DNA of 64,000 nt from an uncultured Chloroflexia bacterium (GTDB lineage: Bacteria; Chloroflexota; Limnocylindria; QHBO01): assembly GCA_963838125.1 (NCBI GenBank), contig CAWIPT010000004.1:10232-74231 (forward strand), given 5' to 3'. A program made the translations under genes and the position numbers. The notes below the pieces were generated by a model. It saw only the letters and a program-made list of their open reading frames with translations, did not search any database and was not told where the DNA came from. The first letter of the stretch is position 1, and the number at the start of each line of letters is the position of its first letter. This document shows, in pieces, positions 61,188-64,000 of this stretch.

Positions 61188-61868
61188 CTAGCGGTCGTCG
61201 CCTGGGCCGGTGGCCTGCCGGCTGCTGCCGGCCGCGGCCGGGGTGGGCTCCGCGATCACGTCGTTTGTGAAGAGGCTGGACGAGGCCTCCGAAGTCTGGG
61301 CAGCAGTCGCGGCGGCCTTGGCCGAAGCGGCGGATGATCCGCCGCTCCCCTTAGCCGACGAGCTGGTGCTGGACTCGCTGTTCGCGGGAGCGGCTCCACT
61401 AGCCCCCTCTGCCGGTGTCTTCCGAGCCATCAGGACGGTGCCTTCGAAGAAGGCCCCTTCCTTGATGACAAGCACCTGGGTCTTGATCTCGCCCTTGACC
61501 CGGCCGGTCGAGCCGATCTCGAAGCGACCTCCGGAGTCGACGTTGCCCTCGTAGTCGCCGTTGATCACCACGTTGTGGGCCTTGATGCTGGCCCGAACGC
61601 GGGCCTGCGGGCTGAGGACGAGCGTGCCCTGGCACTCGATCTCGCCCTGCGCCTCGCCATCGATCCGCAGGTCACGGTCGCTGACGAACTTGCCGTTGAA
61701 GCGCGCGTGCGAGTCGAGGATGCCCTCGCTGGGTTCGCGGCGGTGTTCGGCCGATCCGGGAGCGGCGGGCGTGGCAGGTGCTGCGTCCCGCTCGTTGCTG
61801 TCCGAATCGGAGTACAGGGTGCCGATGATCTCCTCCTGGGGGGCGTCGCCCCGCTTCCCAAAAACCAT
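61188..61868 (-). CDS. Bactofilin (polymer-forming cytoskeletal protein)
   Basis: Beta-helix repeats [37 protein letters not shown]; disordered tails. Confidence 0.88.
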   Translation of the reverse strand: MVFGKRGDAPQEEIIGTLYSDSDSNERDAAPATPAAPGSAEHRREPSEGILDSHARFNGKFVSDRDLRIDGEAQGEIECQGTLVLSPQARVRASIKAHNVVINGDYEGNVDSGGRFEIGSTGRVKGEIKTQVLVIKEGAFFEGTVLMARKTPAEGASGAAPANSESSTSSSAKGSGGSSAASAKAAATAAQTSEASSSLFTNDVIAEPTPAAAGSSRQATGPGDDR

Positions 61869-62017
61869 ATGCACACCTCTCGTGCGGCGGGCGGGCACGC
61901 TCTGTCACGCGCACGCGATGTCGACGTGGACGGATAGCCTATCAGCCCTGCGCTTTGTGCGGTAGTCCGCCGGTCTGGAGTCGGGACGTACTTCCGGCGA
62001 GGCTAGAATCGCGACCG

Positions 62018-62677
62018 ATGCCTGACGCTCTGCCGGCCACCGTTCATCCGTCCGCGCACCCGCTGGTCGCCCACAAGCTGTCGCTCCTCCGCGACCGGAC
62101 CACCGAGCCCAAGAAGTTCCGCGAGCTGGTGCGCGAGCTGTCCTGGCTGCTGGGTTACGAGGCCATGGCCGACCTGGCGACCGAGACCTATCGGCTGGAG
62201 ACGCCCCTGGAGCCGATGGATGGGACCCGGCTGGAGCCACATGTCGGGCTGGTGCCGGTCCTCCGGGCCGGGCTGGGCATGGTGGAGGCCATGCTCGAGC
62301 TCATGCCCATGGCCGAGGTGTGGCATATCGGCCTGTACCGCGACGAGCGAACGCTGAAGCCGGTCGAGTACTACAACAAGCTGCCCGACGCGGCCACCGT
62401 CCAGGTCTGCCTCATCCTGGATCCAATGCTGGCGACCGGCGGCTCGAGCGCGGCGACCGTCGACATCCTGAAGGCGTGGGGTGCGGTCCGGATCAAGCAG
62501 GTGTCGCTGATCGCGGCACCGGAGGGAATCGAGACCCTGACCGCCGCTCATCCCGACGTCGAGATCCATGTTGGAGCGGTGGACCGGCAGCTCAACGAGC
62601 GCGGCTACATCATGCCCGGCCTCGGGGATGCCGGTGATCGTCAGTTCGGCACCTTTCCGCCCGGGTCCGGCGCCTGA
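62018..62677 (+). CDS. upp: Uracil phosphoribosyltransferase
   Basis: [45 protein letters not shown]. Confidence 0.96.
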   Translation: MPDALPATVHPSAHPLVAHKLSLLRDRTTEPKKFRELVRELSWLLGYEAMADLATETYRLETPLEPMDGTRLEPHVGLVPVLRAGLGMVEAMLELMPMAEVWHIGLYRDERTLKPVEYYNKLPDAATVQVCLILDPMLATGGSSAATVDILKAWGAVRIKQVSLIAAPEGIETLTAAHPDVEIHVGAVDRQLNERGYIMPGLGDAGDRQFGTFPPGSGA

Positions 62678-62749
62678 GCCGGATCTCGACCCTTTCCCGG
62701 CGCGGGTCCCGATGGCATGATGGGCGCCCGTAGCCGAAGGTAGTCGCCC

Positions 62750-63064
62750 ATGTGTCTGATCCTCAGCGTGCTCCTGTTCGGGCCACGAATCGTGCTCGTC
62801 TTCTGGTGGCTGGCGGACAGCGCCCGATGGGCCGCGACCTTTGACACCATCCTGCTCCCGATCCTCGGGTTCCTGTTCCTGCCCTGGACTACGGTGATGT
62901 ACGTCCTGGTCTTCCCCCAGGGCATCGTGGGTCTGGACTGGCTGGTGCTGGGCCTGGCCCTGCTGGCCGACGTCGGATCCCTGGCCGGCGGAGCCTGGCG
63001 CGGGCGCGGTCAGATGCAGGGCTACCAGAGCCCGCCACCGACCGGGCCACAGCCACCCCCCTGA
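62750..63064 (+). CDS. Small membrane protein, paralog 1
   Basis: Three hydrophobic segments; clear homology to 63327-63626. Confidence 0.8.
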   Translation: MCLILSVLLFGPRIVLVFWWLADSARWAATFDTILLPILGFLFLPWTTVMYVLVFPQGIVGLDWLVLGLALLADVGSLAGGAWRGRGQMQGYQSPPPTGPQPPP

Positions 63065-63097
63065 CCCGAGGCGCATCCCGTTTGGGGGCATGGAAAT

Positions 63098-63165
63098 GTC
63101 CCGAAGTGACCGCCTCCGAAACCGTTGATGTGACTCCGCGGCGTCGGTGGCTGTCCCTTCGGGAC
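63098..63165. repeat. Long imperfect inverted repeat (hairpin)
   Basis: GTCCCGAAGTGACCGCCTCCGA pairs with TCGGTGGCTGTCCCTTCGGGAC at 19/22 positions. Confidence 0.6.
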
Positions 63166-63326
63166 GCTCAGAACTGTACTGATCCGTGACGCTGCCGCGC
63201 AACGGGCTTATCCCCGACTTTCTGGACGGGTGTTGACGATTGTCCACACCCTATCCCCAGAGGGGCCGGGCGGGTAGCATGGCGGTCAGTCCAGGACCCA
63301 ATCCGTAGCCCGGAGGTTCCCCGCCC

Positions 63327-63626
63327 ATGTGCCTGATCATCGGCCTTACCCTGTTCGGGCCCAGGATCGCGGCAGTCATCTGGTGGTTGGCCGACAGCGC
63401 ACGCTGGACGCTGGCCTTCGGCGAGAACTTCCTGGTGCCGGCCCTCGGCATCCTGTTCCTGCCCTGGCTGACGATCGTGTACGTCCTGGTCTCCCCTGAG
63501 GGCATCACCGGGCTGGACGTGGTCTGGATCATCCTCGCCGCGGTCGCGGACGTCGGTTCATACGCTGGGGGCGGGATCGGCGGCCGGCGGCAGCGGCAGA
63601 AGTCCAGCTACAAGGACTGCCAGTAA
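63327..63626 (+). CDS. Small membrane protein, paralog 2
   Basis: GGAGGT RBS; shares LFGPRI, WWLADSARW, LFLPW, YVLV and ADVGS with paralog 1. Confidence 0.8.
   Translation: MCLIIGLTLFGPRIAAVIWWLADSARWTLAFGENFLVPALGILFLPWLTIVYVLVSPEGITGLDVVWIILAAVADVGSYAGGGIGGRRQRQKSSYKDCQ

Positions 63627-64000
<374 letters not shown>

Noticed and set aside
63200-63260. Chromosomal origin oriC
   Set aside because: Only three degenerate boxes, no AT-rich unwinding element and no dnaA/dnaN nearby; kept only as a weak finding.

Overview
High-GC bacterial chromosomal segment, densely coding. The gene style (ECF sigma/anti-sigma pairs, cyclase-STAND-TPR expansion, leaderless starts) suggests Chloroflexota or Actinomycetota, possibly Limnocylindria-like; this taxonomy is inference only. 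It carries housekeeping and metabolic genes: three-gene pnt transhydrogenase, a ppk1/CYTH-CHAD/MutT1 polyphosphate cluster, ppx, hutI, fused kgd/odhA, thrC/thrB/lysC, tag, mutY, gltX, upp and mdh. It also has two ABC exporters, two EamA transporters and one tRNA-Gln(CTG). Many genes are split by single-base indels, most likely long-read or low-coverage assembly errors. The most notable items: (1) a ~2 kb integrase-less islet inserted in tRNA-Gln, with a perfect 48-bp att duplication, conserved arm-like repeats at both ends and an ECF sigma/anti-sigma-like cargo; (2) four class III cyclase-STAND ATPase-TPR (NLR-like) genes, two of them tandem and coupled to gltX; (3) a UrtR-like MarR with four operator copies facing a 65-aa ORF, followed by a cysteine-free peroxiredoxin-fold gene; (4) a Tat lipoprotein with a lysyl-oxidase domain; (5) twin divergent ECF promoters (GGAACC-N17-GTAT); (6) a CYTH-like-Ppx fusion; (7) a duplicated small membrane protein gene separated by a long hairpin and DnaA-box-like motifs. 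No CRISPR array, rRNA, transposase or integrase was found.
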